A stretch of DNA of 64,000 bases from Terriglobia bacterium (GTDB lineage Bacteria > Acidobacteriota > Terriglobia > Acidiferrales > UBA7541), in NCBI GenBank assembly GCA_963695545.1, contig OY968796.1, positions 3,264,001-3,328,000 of the forward strand, in the 5' to 3' direction. Both the position numbers and the translations under genes were made by a program. Below, in pieces: positions 29,425 to 39,441 of the stretch (its first letter is position 1; each line of letters starts with the position of its first letter). The notes under the pieces were generated by a model, which was not told where the DNA came from, ran no database searches, and was given only the letters and a program-made list of their open reading frames with translations.

Positions 29425-29907
29425 ATGCGGAACAAGCAAAAGGGTTTTTCGTTGATCGAGCTTTTGATCGTCGTGGCAATTATTTTGATTATCGCGGCGA
29501 TCGCCATCCCGAACCTGTTGCGTTCAAAGATGGCAGCCAATGAGGCCTCGGCCGTCGGTTCGCTGCGTACGCTGAACACTTCATGCGTCACGTATTCGAC
29601 CACCTACGGTGGATTCCCGTCCTCGCTGACAGTATTAGGCGGAGAAGGCGTGACCACGCTCCCGACTTCGACGTCTGCGGAATTGATTGACAACGTCCTG
29701 CAGACCGGCATCAAGACCGGATATACGTTCTCGTTTTCATCCGGAGCCGCCGACAGCGCGGGTAACGTCGATAACTACAGCATCAATGCGAACCCGATTA
29801 CGCCGGGCGTGACCGGGATTCGTTATTTCTTTACAGATCAGACAGGCGTGATTCGCCAAGACGCGACCGGTGCCGTGGCGACGCTCTCCAGCACTCCGAT
29901 CAGTTAG
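29425..29907 (+). CDS. pilA: Type IVa pilin (copy 2)
   Basis: AAGGAG RBS; first 68 aa identical to copy 1. Confidence 0.9.
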   Translation: MRNKQKGFSLIELLIVVAIILIIAAIAIPNLLRSKMAANEASAVGSLRTLNTSCVTYSTTYGGFPSSLTVLGGEGVTTLPTSTSAELIDNVLQTGIKTGYTFSFSSGAADSAGNVDNYSINANPITPGVTGIRYFFTDQTGVIRQDATGAVATLSSTPIS

Positions 29908-29935
29908 GTCTTGGGCCAATGCACGACATCGTGGA

Positions 29936-29969
29936 GGAGGAAGCCGAAGGCTTCTTCCTTTCACGTTTT
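29936..29969 (+). terminator. Intrinsic terminator after pilin 2
   Basis: GGAGGAAGCC-GAA-GGCTTCTTCC then TTTCACGTTTT. Confidence 0.6.
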
Positions 29970-30020
29970 GCGGGTGATGAGCGGCGATCCTGGAACGACA
30001 GATAGGAACGAGGCGACGAA

Positions 30021-30533
30021 ATGAGACTCACCAACGCAAATCCATATCGCCCTACGGGGCGCACCAGCGAGCGGGGCTTTTCGCTTGTCGAACTTTTGAT
30101 CGTGGTTGCGGTGATTCTGATCATCGCAGCGATCGCAATCCCAAATTTTATCACCTCGAAACTGCGCGCCAACGAATCGGCCGCCATCGAAAATATCCGC
30201 ACGATCACGTCCGCCAACGTCGTCTATTCCACGACCTGGCAGACCGGCTACGCCGCTTCGCTTGCGACTCTTGGCGGCAACACTGCCTCACCCACAGAGA
30301 CTGCCGCGGGGCTGCTGGACTCGGTTCTCTCCAGCGGCAATAAGAGCGGATACTCGTATTCGTATTCTGCGGGTCCCGTCGATGTGGGTGGCAACATCGA
30401 CTATTACACGCTCAACGCGGCTCCCGAGATTCCGGGGCAGACTGGCGTGCGTTACTTTTATACTGACCAGACCGCGGTCATCCGTTATAACTCCACGACA
30501 ACGGCCGGCCCGACCGATCTGCCTATTTCATAG
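30021..30533 (+). CDS. Type IV pilin-like protein (divergent third paralog)
   Basis: ERG|FSLVELLIVVAVILIIAAIAIP; shares KSGY and RYFYTDQTAVIR blocks with copies 1 and 2. Confidence 0.88.
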   Translation: MRLTNANPYRPTGRTSERGFSLVELLIVVAVILIIAAIAIPNFITSKLRANESAAIENIRTITSANVVYSTTWQTGYAASLATLGGNTASPTETAAGLLDSVLSSGNKSGYSYSYSAGPVDVGGNIDYYTLNAAPEIPGQTGVRYFYTDQTAVIRYNSTTTAGPTDLPIS

Positions 30534-30588
30534 TCCACCGGTTTTGGCGCGTGTGCGCGGGTTGAACCTTTCTTGCTAGACTCGTGGC

Positions 30589-31344
30589 GTGAATATCGCC
30601 GGGACCTTCGCGCGCGCGACCTGCATATTCTGTCTCGGATATTTGGTGGCGGGCGGGAGTGAGGCTCGGTCGCAGACGATCACCGCTGCGAGCGTCGCCC
30701 AGACGCTGGAACGCCATTACCAGAATGCAAAAACGCTGGAGGCCGACTTCCTTGAGCGTTACAGCGAGGGAGGCACCCAGTCGCGCGTGGAATCCGGGCG
30801 CGTATTTTTCGCGCGACCCGGCCGCATGCGCTGGGAATATCAGTCGCCGGAAACAAAACTGTTCGTCTCTGACGGTAGATTTTTGTGGTTTTACGTTCCG
30901 CAAGACCACACCGCCACGCGTCAAGCAGTGAAGCAAAGCGAAGACTGGCGAACGCCGCTCGCGCTGCTGACCGGGCAAGTGAAGCTCTCGCGGCTGTGCG
31001 GCCGGATTGAATTGGCCGGTGGCCCGCCGCTTTCAGGCGGAGTGGTTGTGCTGCGATGCTGGCCGCGGGGAAACGACTCTGCGGCCACCGCGCGTGCCGG
31101 ACAACACGATGCGCCGAGCCCGCTTGAACCCGGCAGCGGATTCACGCAGGTGTTGCTCGAAGTGAATCCTGCGACCGGAGAATTGAACGACGTGCGCGTC
31201 GAACAGCCGGGAGGAGTAGAGCTGGATTTGCGCTTCGGCGCGTGGCAAATGAACCCGCCGCTGGCCGGTTCGCTGTTCGAGTTCGAGCCTCCGGAGGGCG
31301 TGGCCATCGTACCGGCCGAAGGATCCTCGGGTTCGACTCCGTAA
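30589..31344 (+). CDS. lolA: Outer-membrane lipoprotein carrier LolA family
   Basis: Signal peptide, LEADFLE, SGRVFFARPGRMRWEY..PETKLFVSDG..LWFY, FEFEPPEG. Confidence 0.88.
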   Translation: MNIAGTFARATCIFCLGYLVAGGSEARSQTITAASVAQTLERHYQNAKTLEADFLERYSEGGTQSRVESGRVFFARPGRMRWEYQSPETKLFVSDGRFLWFYVPQDHTATRQAVKQSEDWRTPLALLTGQVKLSRLCGRIELAGGPPLSGGVVVLRCWPRGNDSAATARAGQHDAPSPLEPGSGFTQVLLEVNPATGELNDVRVEQPGGVELDLRFGAWQMNPPLAGSLFEFEPPEGVAIVPAEGSSGSTP

Positions 31345-31462
31345 ACACTCCATGAGAATTGGGGACGTTGCTTGTTTGGCGAGCGGAAGCGAAATCGCCC
31401 CGAAACGCCTTGAAGCCCGATGCTAAAATTGGTTGTCAACATCGGGAGTTCACGAGGATTTC

Positions 31463-33262
31463 ATGTCTGAATCGGACTCAGAGACCAAAAAAGTACGTCG
31501 TTCGAGCAAAGGCACGCTGAGCGAGGTGCTGATTGTTACGGCTGTGCTGGCCACCACGCTGGCCACCTACATCGGCACGATCTGGTACAGCTTCGTCTAC
31601 GACGACGACGGCCAGATCATCGGGAATTCTTACATCCAGTTCTGGCGCCATGTTCCGCTCTATTTCATAAGCCATGTGTGGGCGCAGTTGGTGCCTCGGG
31701 CCAATGGAAACTACTACCGGCCGTTGTTCCTTCTATGGTTGCGCCTCAACGACGCGGTGTTCGGGTTGCGGCCGGCGGGTTGGCACGCGGCGGCGATTGG
31801 CATGCACCTGCTCGCGACGTTCCTGGTGTACCTATTGGCGCGGAAGCTTACGCACAAAATTTCCGTGGCGAGCTTTGCGGCGCTGGTTTTCGGACTGCAT
31901 CCGATGCATGCCGAGGTCGTGTCTTGGGTTTCCGGAGCGACGGAATCGCTTTGCGCAGTTTTTATACTCGCCGGGTTTCTGGCCTACCTTAAATCGCGCG
32001 AAGGCAACACTGCGATCTGGATGACCATTTCCTGTGTGCTGTACGTCTTCGCAGTTTTTTCCAAAGAGACCGGGATCGTGCTTCCGTTACTGGTGTTCGC
32101 GCATTGCTGGATCTACGGGCCGGTGCAAACCGACGGCGCTGAAGCGCCGGAAGGTGTACGGCGCCTGCTCGCTTGCGTGCGCGCCGTGCTCGTGTACGTG
32201 CCGGTTGCTTTGGTTTACCTGGCTGCGCGCGTGCTGGTGCTGCATGGGCTGGCGCATCCTCTGGTGCGTCTGGGATTTCGTCAGGTCATTTTCACGATCC
32301 CGTCCATGGTTGGCTTCTACGTGAAGAAGTGGTTTCTGCCCATTCGCCTGAATGAGTTTTACGACATGCCATATTGGGGGACGCTGAATTTCTGGCATGT
32401 GATTTTGCCGGCCGTGCTGGTTGTCGCGCTGTTCGCAGCGATTTGGATGGCCAGAAACGAACTCGGCGCGCGGGAAGTGAAGTTTGCGCTGTTTTGGGTG
32501 ATTGTTCCCTTGCTGCCGGTGCTGGATTCGCGCATGCTGCCCAAGGACGAAATCGTACACGACCGCTATTTTTATCTGCCAAGCATTGGAGCTGCACTGC
32601 TGGTGGCGCTGGTGGTGGACCGCTGGACGCGCGCGCCACGAGGAAAACTGGTCTTCGGCCTTCCCGTCGCTCAGCTCGTGGTTGCGCTGGTGCTGGCCGC
32701 GGCGCTGGGCGGCTTGAGCGTCCACGAATCGCAATTCTGGGCCAACAATTACACGCTCTTCCATCGCGCTTACGTTCTGGCGCCGCACAATCCGACGGGC
32801 CGCCTCGATTATGGCGCTGAGCTGATCACGCGCGGCGATTTCGCCGACGCGCGAACGGTGTTCGACGCCGCCCTGCTGGAGGATCCGAACGATTCGTCGA
32901 TCTACGTAAACCTCGGCCGCATGGCGTATGAGGAGAAAGATTACGCCGCAGCGCAGGACTACTTGCTCCATGCGCTCGCAATCAACAAGAACAACGCCGA
33001 CGCGCACGCGAATCTCGGTCTGGCGCAGTTGCGCATGGACCATTTGGCGGACGCGCTGGGCAATATGAAAAGCGCTGCTGAATTGAGGCCCAACGATCCT
33101 GAATTGCTGTTCGCCTACGGAGTCGCTCTCGAAGCCGACAATAACTGCAGTTTGGCGGCCGACCAATTCCGCGCGGCGCTCGATATTCGTCCGGGCGCTC
33201 CGTACGCCGAGACTCAGCTCATTCGCTGCCAGAAAATACTGGCTCAACCCGCCCAGAACTGA
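31463..33262 (+). CDS. TMTC-like multi-pass membrane protein with C-terminal TPRs (putative protein O-glycosyltransferase)
   Basis: FVYDD, YYRPL, HPMHAEVVSWVSG, SKETG, DRYFYLPSIG, then about 4-5 TPR repeats. Confidence 0.8.
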   Translation: MSESDSETKKVRRSSKGTLSEVLIVTAVLATTLATYIGTIWYSFVYDDDGQIIGNSYIQFWRHVPLYFISHVWAQLVPRANGNYYRPLFLLWLRLNDAVFGLRPAGWHAAAIGMHLLATFLVYLLARKLTHKISVASFAALVFGLHPMHAEVVSWVSGATESLCAVFILAGFLAYLKSREGNTAIWMTISCVLYVFAVFSKETGIVLPLLVFAHCWIYGPVQTDGAEAPEGVRRLLACVRAVLVYVPVALVYLAARVLVLHGLAHPLVRLGFRQVIFTIPSMVGFYVKKWFLPIRLNEFYDMPYWGTLNFWHVILPAVLVVALFAAIWMARNELGAREVKFALFWVIVPLLPVLDSRMLPKDEIVHDRYFYLPSIGAALLVALVVDRWTRAPRGKLVFGLPVAQLVVALVLAAALGGLSVHESQFWANNYTLFHRAYVLAPHNPTGRLDYGAELITRGDFADARTVFDAALLEDPNDSSIYVNLGRMAYEEKDYAAAQDYLLHALAINKNNADAHANLGLAQLRMDHLADALGNMKSAAELRPNDPELLFAYGVALEADNNCSLAADQFRAALDIRPGAPYAETQLIRCQKILAQPAQN

Positions 33263-33342
33263 CGCAACTTGCTTTGTGATTTTCGCGCGGCCCGCTTATG
33301 CTGTCGGTTCGCGCCGGCTGCGCTGCTGCGGCGCGTCAACAC

Positions 33343-34386
33343 GTGAACCAACAATCACCACGTCGCGAAGAAACGCTTCGCGTCCCCTACAAAGAACTCG
33401 AAGCGACACTCGAGCGCGTCCTCGCCAAGATCGGCTTCGAGCCGGCGAGGGCGCATTTGTGCGCCCGGTTATTCGCCGAAACCTCGCGCGACGGCGTTTA
33501 TTCGCACGGCCTCAATCGCTTCCCGCGCTTTCTGGCGATGATCGAAAACGGAATGATCGATATTCACTCGCGCCCCGAGCGAATCGCGGCCGTCGGCTCG
33601 CTCGAGCGTTGGGACGCCAAACTAGGCCCGGGGAATTTGAGCGCGTATGAGTCGATGGCGCGCGCGATTTCTCTCGCGCGTGGATCCGGCTTGGGCTGCG
33701 TGGCGCTGGCGAATACGAATCACTGGATGCGTGGCGGCACGTATGGCTGGCAAGCAGCCGAGGCTGGCGTGATTGGCGTCTGCTGGACCAATACGCTGCC
33801 GAACGTGCCTCCTTGGGGCGCGAGCGACCCGCGCCTTGGTAACAATCCGCTGGTGATCGGCGTGCCTCGCCCAGGCGGTCATGTCGTACTCGATATGGCG
33901 GTCTCCCAGTTTTCGTATGGGGCGCTGGCATCCTATCGCGAGCGCGGCGAATCTTTACCTGTAGAGGGAGGATATGACTGGCAAGGCCGACTGACGCGCG
34001 ATCCCGGCGCTATCGAGGAGTCCGGGCGCGCGCTGCCCATCGGCTATTGGAAAGGCTCGGGGCTATCGCTGGCGCTGGATTTGATGGCCGCGATGCTCTC
34101 CGGCGGTCTTTCCGCGACGCAGCTCTCGAGCGATAGCCTTAAAGAAGGCCGCGTTTCGCAGGTCTTTCTTGCCTTCAATTTGGCCGGGCTCGACCCCAGC
34201 GATTTGCCGGCTCGAATTGCCGAACAAATCGTGAGCTTCGTTCAACTTCCGCCGGGCTCGTCCGGCGAGCGCGTGCGGACGCCGGGCGAAAAGACGCTCG
34301 CTTCGCGGGCCGAAAATCTTCGCTTGGGAGTGCCGGTGGACGCGAAGATTTGGAGCGACGTCCGGGCACTCAGCCAGGGAAGTTGA
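33343..34386 (+). CDS. yiaK: 3-dehydro-L-gulonate 2-dehydrogenase (2,3-diketo-L-gulonate reductase, Ldh_2 family)
   Basis: GVYSHGLNRFPRF, NHWMRGGTYGWQAAE, PIGYWKGSGL; start uncertain (33298 or 33343). Confidence 0.88.
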   Translation: MNQQSPRREETLRVPYKELEATLERVLAKIGFEPARAHLCARLFAETSRDGVYSHGLNRFPRFLAMIENGMIDIHSRPERIAAVGSLERWDAKLGPGNLSAYESMARAISLARGSGLGCVALANTNHWMRGGTYGWQAAEAGVIGVCWTNTLPNVPPWGASDPRLGNNPLVIGVPRPGGHVVLDMAVSQFSYGALASYRERGESLPVEGGYDWQGRLTRDPGAIEESGRALPIGYWKGSGLSLALDLMAAMLSGGLSATQLSSDSLKEGRVSQVFLAFNLAGLDPSDLPARIAEQIVSFVQLPPGSSGERVRTPGEKTLASRAENLRLGVPVDAKIWSDVRALSQGS

Positions 34387-34463
34387 ACACAGGTTTCCGC
34401 CCACGCACCTCCCGCGATTTGTCCGGCTTTGGCTGCCTGTGGGGTTGCGATACACTTCAAGCA

Positions 34464-35678
34464 ATGGCCGATTACGTTTGCAAAGTAGCTGATTCCAGCG
34501 GCCGCGTGTTCTCCCAGGTGGAGGCGGCTCAGTCGGTTGTGGAGGCTCGCCAGAAGCTCGCAGATCGGGGCCTATTCGTTTATTCGGTCAAATCGCGCGG
34601 CGGATTGGCGGCTCGCCTGTTTCAGCGGCGCAGCGACCGGACCGTCTCCGGCACCGATTTCCTGGTTTTCAATCAACAGTTCAACACGCTGATCAAGGCC
34701 GGAATTCCGATCTTGAAGTCGCTCGATCTATTGGCGGACCGCGCTGCATCGCCGCGTCTGCGCCCCGTTCTCGGAGAGGTGCGGCGCCGCGTCAAGGAAG
34801 GCGTCCCGCTCTCGGAGGCCCTCGAACAAGAGGGTGTCTTCTCGAAGGTTTACACGACGGCAGTGCTGGCTGGCGAGAAAAGCGGCAATCTTTCTGGCGT
34901 GCTCGATTTTTACATCGCGTATCAGCGCGTTTCGATGGGCACGCGCAAACGGCTGCTGCAAACTTTGATTTACCCGGCGATTTTGATCGTGGTTGCGACG
35001 CTCATCGTCAGCTATCTGGTCGGCTATGTGATTCCGCAGTTCTCGCAACTCTACGCCGATTTGGGTGTTCAATTACCTGCAGCCACGCAATTCCTGATCG
35101 CGCTGACGGTCACGCACCGCTGGGCGCTGTACTCGGTCGTGGGGTCGATTGCCGTGATTATTTTAGCTCTCGCGCTATGGACGCGCACGGAATCGGGCGC
35201 TCTCACTGTTGACCGGGTAAAACTAAAACTTCCGGTCGTCGGCGAGACCTGGATCAAGTTTCAAATCGCGCAGTTCTGCCGCACGCTTTCGACGCTGCAA
35301 GCCGGCGGCACTCCGCTGGTGGCCGCGATGGACACGGCGGCGGGATCGGTCTCGAGCCGGCTGATTGCGGGCGGAATCACGCGGGCGGCGCAACTCGTGC
35401 GCGAAGGCCAGCAGCTGCACACCGCGCTCGGTTCGACCGGCCTGATGCCCGAGCTGGCGCTGGAAATGATTGAAGTCGGCGAGGCCAGCGGCGCCCTATC
35501 GCCCATGCTCGGCAGCGTGGCGGAATTCTATGAAGAAGACGTGAACCTGCGGCTGCAAACGCTTATTTCAATTGTCGAACCTGCGATTTTGATCTTAATG
35601 GCGGTTCTGATAGCCTTTATCCTTATCGCGCTTTATCTGCCGCTTTTCTCGATTTCGAGCGGAACTGCGGCGTCATAA
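34464..35678 (+). CDS. T2SS/T4P platform protein (GspF/PilC family), second system
   Basis: FNQQFNTLIKAGIPI, AGEKSGNL, VGEASGAL, LYLPLF. Confidence 0.9.
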   Translation: MADYVCKVADSSGRVFSQVEAAQSVVEARQKLADRGLFVYSVKSRGGLAARLFQRRSDRTVSGTDFLVFNQQFNTLIKAGIPILKSLDLLADRAASPRLRPVLGEVRRRVKEGVPLSEALEQEGVFSKVYTTAVLAGEKSGNLSGVLDFYIAYQRVSMGTRKRLLQTLIYPAILIVVATLIVSYLVGYVIPQFSQLYADLGVQLPAATQFLIALTVTHRWALYSVVGSIAVIILALALWTRTESGALTVDRVKLKLPVVGETWIKFQIAQFCRTLSTLQAGGTPLVAAMDTAAGSVSSRLIAGGITRAAQLVREGQQLHTALGSTGLMPELALEMIEVGEASGALSPMLGSVAEFYEEDVNLRLQTLISIVEPAILILMAVLIAFILIALYLPLFSISSGTAAS

Positions 35679-35684
35679 CCTCCT

Positions 35685-37316
35685 ATGAGCACAACAGAGC
35701 ACAAAGTGAGTTCGGATCTAACTGCCGAAGTGCAGGCCGAGCGGGAGCGTGCCCGTCTGCTCGCGGAGCGCTATCGCTTTCCCTTCGTGGACCTGGACGC
35801 GCAGCGCATCGATCCGGAACTCTTCCGCAGAATTCCCGCCGACTTAATGTTTCGGTTCAATTTCGTGCCGCTCGAAGAGCGCGATCGAGAGCTTGTGGTG
35901 GCCGTGGCCGATCCGGGCCAGGTGTTGCACTCGGACGAGTTGCCGCTCCTGCTGGGCAAAAAACTGGTGTTGCAGGTGGCCACGCCCAAGCAGATCAGCG
36001 ACTTGCTGAAGCGCACCGAGCAATCCCAGCGCGTTCTCGAGCAGGCCACCGAAGCGTTCACGCTTCAAGTCGTCGCGGACGAAGCCGAGGGCGACGAAAC
36101 AATTTCGGCCGATCGGTTGACGCGCGATTCGGCGATCAGTCCTGTGGTGAAGCTAGTGGACACGGTGATCTTCACTGCGCTCGAACGGCGCGCGAGCGAC
36201 ATTCACATCGAAGCGCGGGACATTGAAGTCGTGGTGAAGTATCGCATTGACGGCGTGCTGGTGTACGCCATGTCTCCCATCGCCAAGGAATGGCACTCCA
36301 CGATTCTGTCGCGCATCAAGGTGATGAGCGAACTCGATATCGCCGAGCGCCGCGTTCCGCAGGACGGCCGTTTCCGCGTGCGCTACAAGGGCCGCTTCGT
36401 GGATTTCCGCGTCTCCATCATGCCTTCAATTCACGGCGAAGACGCGGTTCTGCGCGTTCTCGATAAAGAAACGCTTTCGGAGAAATTCCAGAAGCTGAGC
36501 CTAGACATCGTCGGTTTCGACGAAGAAGATTTGCGCAAAATTCGCCGCTACATCCGCGAGCCGTACGGCATGGTGCTGGTTACCGGGCCAACCGGTTCCG
36601 GCAAGACCACCACGCTCTACGCCGCGATCAACGAAATCAAAACCGACGAAGATAAAATCATCACCATCGAAGATCCCGTCGAATACCAGGTGCGCGGCAT
36701 CACGCAGATTCCTGTGAACGAAAAAAAGGGACTCACGTTCGCGCGCGGCCTGCGCTCGATCCTGCGTCACGATCCCGACAAAATCATGGTCGGCGAAATC
36801 CGCGACGAAGAAACCGCGCAGATCGCCATCCAGTCCGCTCTCACCGGCCATCTTGTTTTCACCACCGTTCACGCCAACAACGTCACCGACGTGATCGGCC
36901 GGTTCATCAACATGGGTGTCGAGCCGTACAATTTCGTTTCCGCTCTGAATTGCATTCTGGCGCAGCGCCTGGTGCGCTTGATTTGCGCGCATTGCCGGCG
37001 TGCCGTGCGTTATCCGGCCGACGTGCTTCGGGCCTCCGGATTGGATCCTGAGATCTGGGGCACTGTGCAATTCGCTGAAGGCGCGGGATGCATCGAGTGT
37101 TCGGGCACGGGCTTCCGCGGACGCACGGCCATCTCCGAGTTGCTGGATCTTTCCGATTCGATTCGCGAAATGATCGTTGGCCGCCGGCCGACCTCGGAAA
37201 TCAAGCGCGCGGCGCGCGACGCGGGAATGACCTTCCTGCGCGATTCCGCCCTCGCCAAAGTGCGCGCCGGGATCACCACCCTCAAAGAAATCAACAAGGT
37301 TACCTTCATTGAGTAG
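35685..37316 (+). CDS. GspE/PilB-family assembly ATPase, second system
   Basis: ASDIHIE, GPTGSGKTTTLY, LRHDPDKIMVGEIRD, CAHC/CIEC. Confidence 0.92.
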   Translation: MSTTEHKVSSDLTAEVQAERERARLLAERYRFPFVDLDAQRIDPELFRRIPADLMFRFNFVPLEERDRELVVAVADPGQVLHSDELPLLLGKKLVLQVATPKQISDLLKRTEQSQRVLEQATEAFTLQVVADEAEGDETISADRLTRDSAISPVVKLVDTVIFTALERRASDIHIEARDIEVVVKYRIDGVLVYAMSPIAKEWHSTILSRIKVMSELDIAERRVPQDGRFRVRYKGRFVDFRVSIMPSIHGEDAVLRVLDKETLSEKFQKLSLDIVGFDEEDLRKIRRYIREPYGMVLVTGPTGSGKTTTLYAAINEIKTDEDKIITIEDPVEYQVRGITQIPVNEKKGLTFARGLRSILRHDPDKIMVGEIRDEETAQIAIQSALTGHLVFTTVHANNVTDVIGRFINMGVEPYNFVSALNCILAQRLVRLICAHCRRAVRYPADVLRASGLDPEIWGTVQFAEGAGCIECSGTGFRGRTAISELLDLSDSIREMIVGRRPTSEIKRAARDAGMTFLRDSALAKVRAGITTLKEINKVTFIE

Positions 37317-38292
37317 CGCCTCGGGAATACGCCAGGGAATCTATCAGAGTGGTATCGTGCGCCGCGTTTCCACCTGGCTTGACGTCACTCCTCATCCGTT
37401 GCTGGCCTGCGAAATCTCAACCGAAGCGGTGACTGCTGCGCGTTGGGCGCGCGCGGGCGGAGGCCTCGAAGGCGTGGCCGTCGAGCCGCTTCCCGCCGGC
37501 GCGGTGGTGGCCACGGCTGTCGAAACCAATCTCGCCGACGCGAATGCGGTGCGCGCCGCGGTTGGGCGGGCATTCGAGCGCTTGAAAGCCAAGCCGCAGG
37601 AAGTCGCCCTGCTCGTGCCGGACGCCGTGATACGAGTATTCGTTCTGCATTTCGACGTGTTCCCGCGTTCACCCGCGGAAGCGCTGCCCATGCTTCGCTG
37701 GCGCCTCAAGAAAAGTGTTCCGTTTGAAGCCGAGGAAACGCTGATCTCCTACATGCGGCAGGCCCCGATCGAAGAAGGCGTGGACGTGGTCACGGGCCTC
37801 GCGCGTTTGCGAATCATCCGCGAGTATGAATCTTTGATGGAATCAGCCGGCATGGCCCCGGGCGTGGTGATGACCTCAACGTTGGCCGTGCTTCCGCTGC
37901 TCGACGATCGCCGGCCCGTGCTGCTGGCGCGCGTCGCCGGCAGAAGTCTGGCCACCGCGATCGTGCGCAGCGGCGCGCTGTGCGGATATCGCTGCATCGA
38001 ATTGCCCGCCACGCTTCCGCATCTTTCTCCGCAAGCGCTGCTCGATGAAATCGTGCCGCTGGCGGCTTATTATCAGGATTCCTGGCACGAAAGCGTCGGC
38101 CTGGTGCGCCTATCCGGTTTCGGCGCGCGGCTTACGGAATTCGCCACCGCGCTCGAAGGCGAGCTCAATTGCCCGGTCGGATCGCTTCTTTCCGCTGCCG
38201 CATCGGAGGGACGCCTGAGCGACGATGCGCGCCCGCTCATCGAGCGCGAACTCGATGCGCTGGTAGGATGGTCGCTCAACCGCGGGGCGTGA
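37309..38292 (+). CDS. PilM/GspL-like cytoplasmic actin-fold protein
   Basis: Follows the ATPase; LACEIS, LPAGAV, RWRLKKSVPF; start uncertain. Confidence 0.7.
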   Translation: MSSASGIRQGIYQSGIVRRVSTWLDVTPHPLLACEISTEAVTAARWARAGGGLEGVAVEPLPAGAVVATAVETNLADANAVRAAVGRAFERLKAKPQEVALLVPDAVIRVFVLHFDVFPRSPAEALPMLRWRLKKSVPFEAEETLISYMRQAPIEEGVDVVTGLARLRIIREYESLMESAGMAPGVVMTSTLAVLPLLDDRRPVLLARVAGRSLATAIVRSGALCGYRCIELPATLPHLSPQALLDEIVPLAAYYQDSWHESVGLVRLSGFGARLTEFATALEGELNCPVGSLLSAAASEGRLSDDARPLIERELDALVGWSLNRGA

Positions 38293-38317
38293 ATCCCGCC
38301 CGGGACGCACTCGATCC

Positions 38318-38896
38318 ATGAGAGCACGCCTCAATCTCGCCACCGCTCCGCTGGTCAGCAACCGGCGCTTCACCGTGGGCGCTTCCATCATCGGCTCGGT
38401 GGCCATCGTCGTAATGTTCGTGCTCGCGTGGGACGCGTACCAAGCCAGGCGCGGTGATACCGAATTCCGCCAGCGCCAAGCCGAACTTGTCACGCAGATC
38501 AGCGCGCTGCAGGCGCACCACGATGAGCTGGCCGCCTATTTCAATCGGCCGGACACCGTGAAGGACCGCGAACTGTCCGGTTATCTCAATAGCCTGATCG
38601 AGCAGCGCAGTTTCCCCTGGACCAAGGTTTTCATGGACCTTGAGCACACCCTTCCCGAAGGCGTGCACGTGGTCTCGATCGAGCCGCGCCTTGAAGGCGA
38701 TCAGGTTCAGTTGAGTTTGACGATCGGGGCGATCGACGATGAAGCGAAACTAAAATTTCTGAAGGCGCTCGAAAGTTCTCCGGAATTTTCGCAGCTTCAA
38801 GTGCTTTCCGAAACGCGGCCCACCCGGCCTCCGGGAGGGCAAGCGGAGCCGGATCAAGTCGAGCTCAGACTGACCGCGTGGTATTCGACGATTTAG
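38318..38896 (+). CDS. PilN-like protein
   Basis: LNLATAP N-terminus, TM, coiled coil, WTKVFMDLEHTLPEGVHVVSI, FLKALESSPEF. Confidence 0.78.
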   Translation: MRARLNLATAPLVSNRRFTVGASIIGSVAIVVMFVLAWDAYQARRGDTEFRQRQAELVTQISALQAHHDELAAYFNRPDTVKDRELSGYLNSLIEQRSFPWTKVFMDLEHTLPEGVHVVSIEPRLEGDQVQLSLTIGAIDDEAKLKFLKALESSPEFSQLQVLSETRPTRPPGGQAEPDQVELRLTAWYSTI

Positions 38897-39439
38897 ATGA
38901 ACGCAAACATCGATCGGCGAAAGACGATTGTCCGCTGGGCCTTGGCGGCGGTAATTGTGGTGGATCTCGGTCTCGCCGGCCTAAATTGGCAGATGGCTCG
39001 CACTCCACACGCGCCGCGCGGTGAACTCGCGCGCCTGGAACTCCAGCGCAAGATGATGACCGCCGACGTCAGCCGCGGCGAGGAGATTCGCAAAGATTTG
39101 CCCGGCGTCGATCAGCAATGCGATCTTTTCTTCCAGGATCAATTTCGCCCGGTCGGAACGGGATATTCCGGACTGATTTCCGACCTCGGCTCGATCGCCA
39201 GCGAGGCCGGCCTGAGGGCCGATGCCACCACGTTCACGCAGCATAAGCCCGATGAGCATGGCGTCGTCGAACTCGACATCGGTGAGAGTGTCGAAGGCAG
39301 CTATCCCAGCGTGGTGGCCTTCCTGAACGGCCTCGAGCGTTCACACGGCTTTTATATTCTCGACGGCCTCTCGCTCAGTTCGAGCCACGAGGGAAGTCTG
39401 AAGCTTTCGCTGCAATTGCGGACGTTTTTCCGGAGCTAA
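38897..39439 (+). CDS. PilO/GspM-like protein
   Basis: TM plus coiled coil, VEGSYPSVVAFLNGLERS. Confidence 0.75.
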   Translation: MNANIDRRKTIVRWALAAVIVVDLGLAGLNWQMARTPHAPRGELARLELQRKMMTADVSRGEEIRKDLPGVDQQCDLFFQDQFRPVGTGYSGLISDLGSIASEAGLRADATTFTQHKPDEHGVVELDIGESVEGSYPSVVAFLNGLERSHGFYILDGLSLSSSHEGSLKLSLQLRTFFRS

Positions 39440-39441
39440 GG

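Noticed and set aside
29991..30006. Sigma54 promoter for the third pilin (TGGAACGACAGATAGG)
   Set aside because: The -24 resembles that of pilin 1, but the invariant -12 GC is AG.
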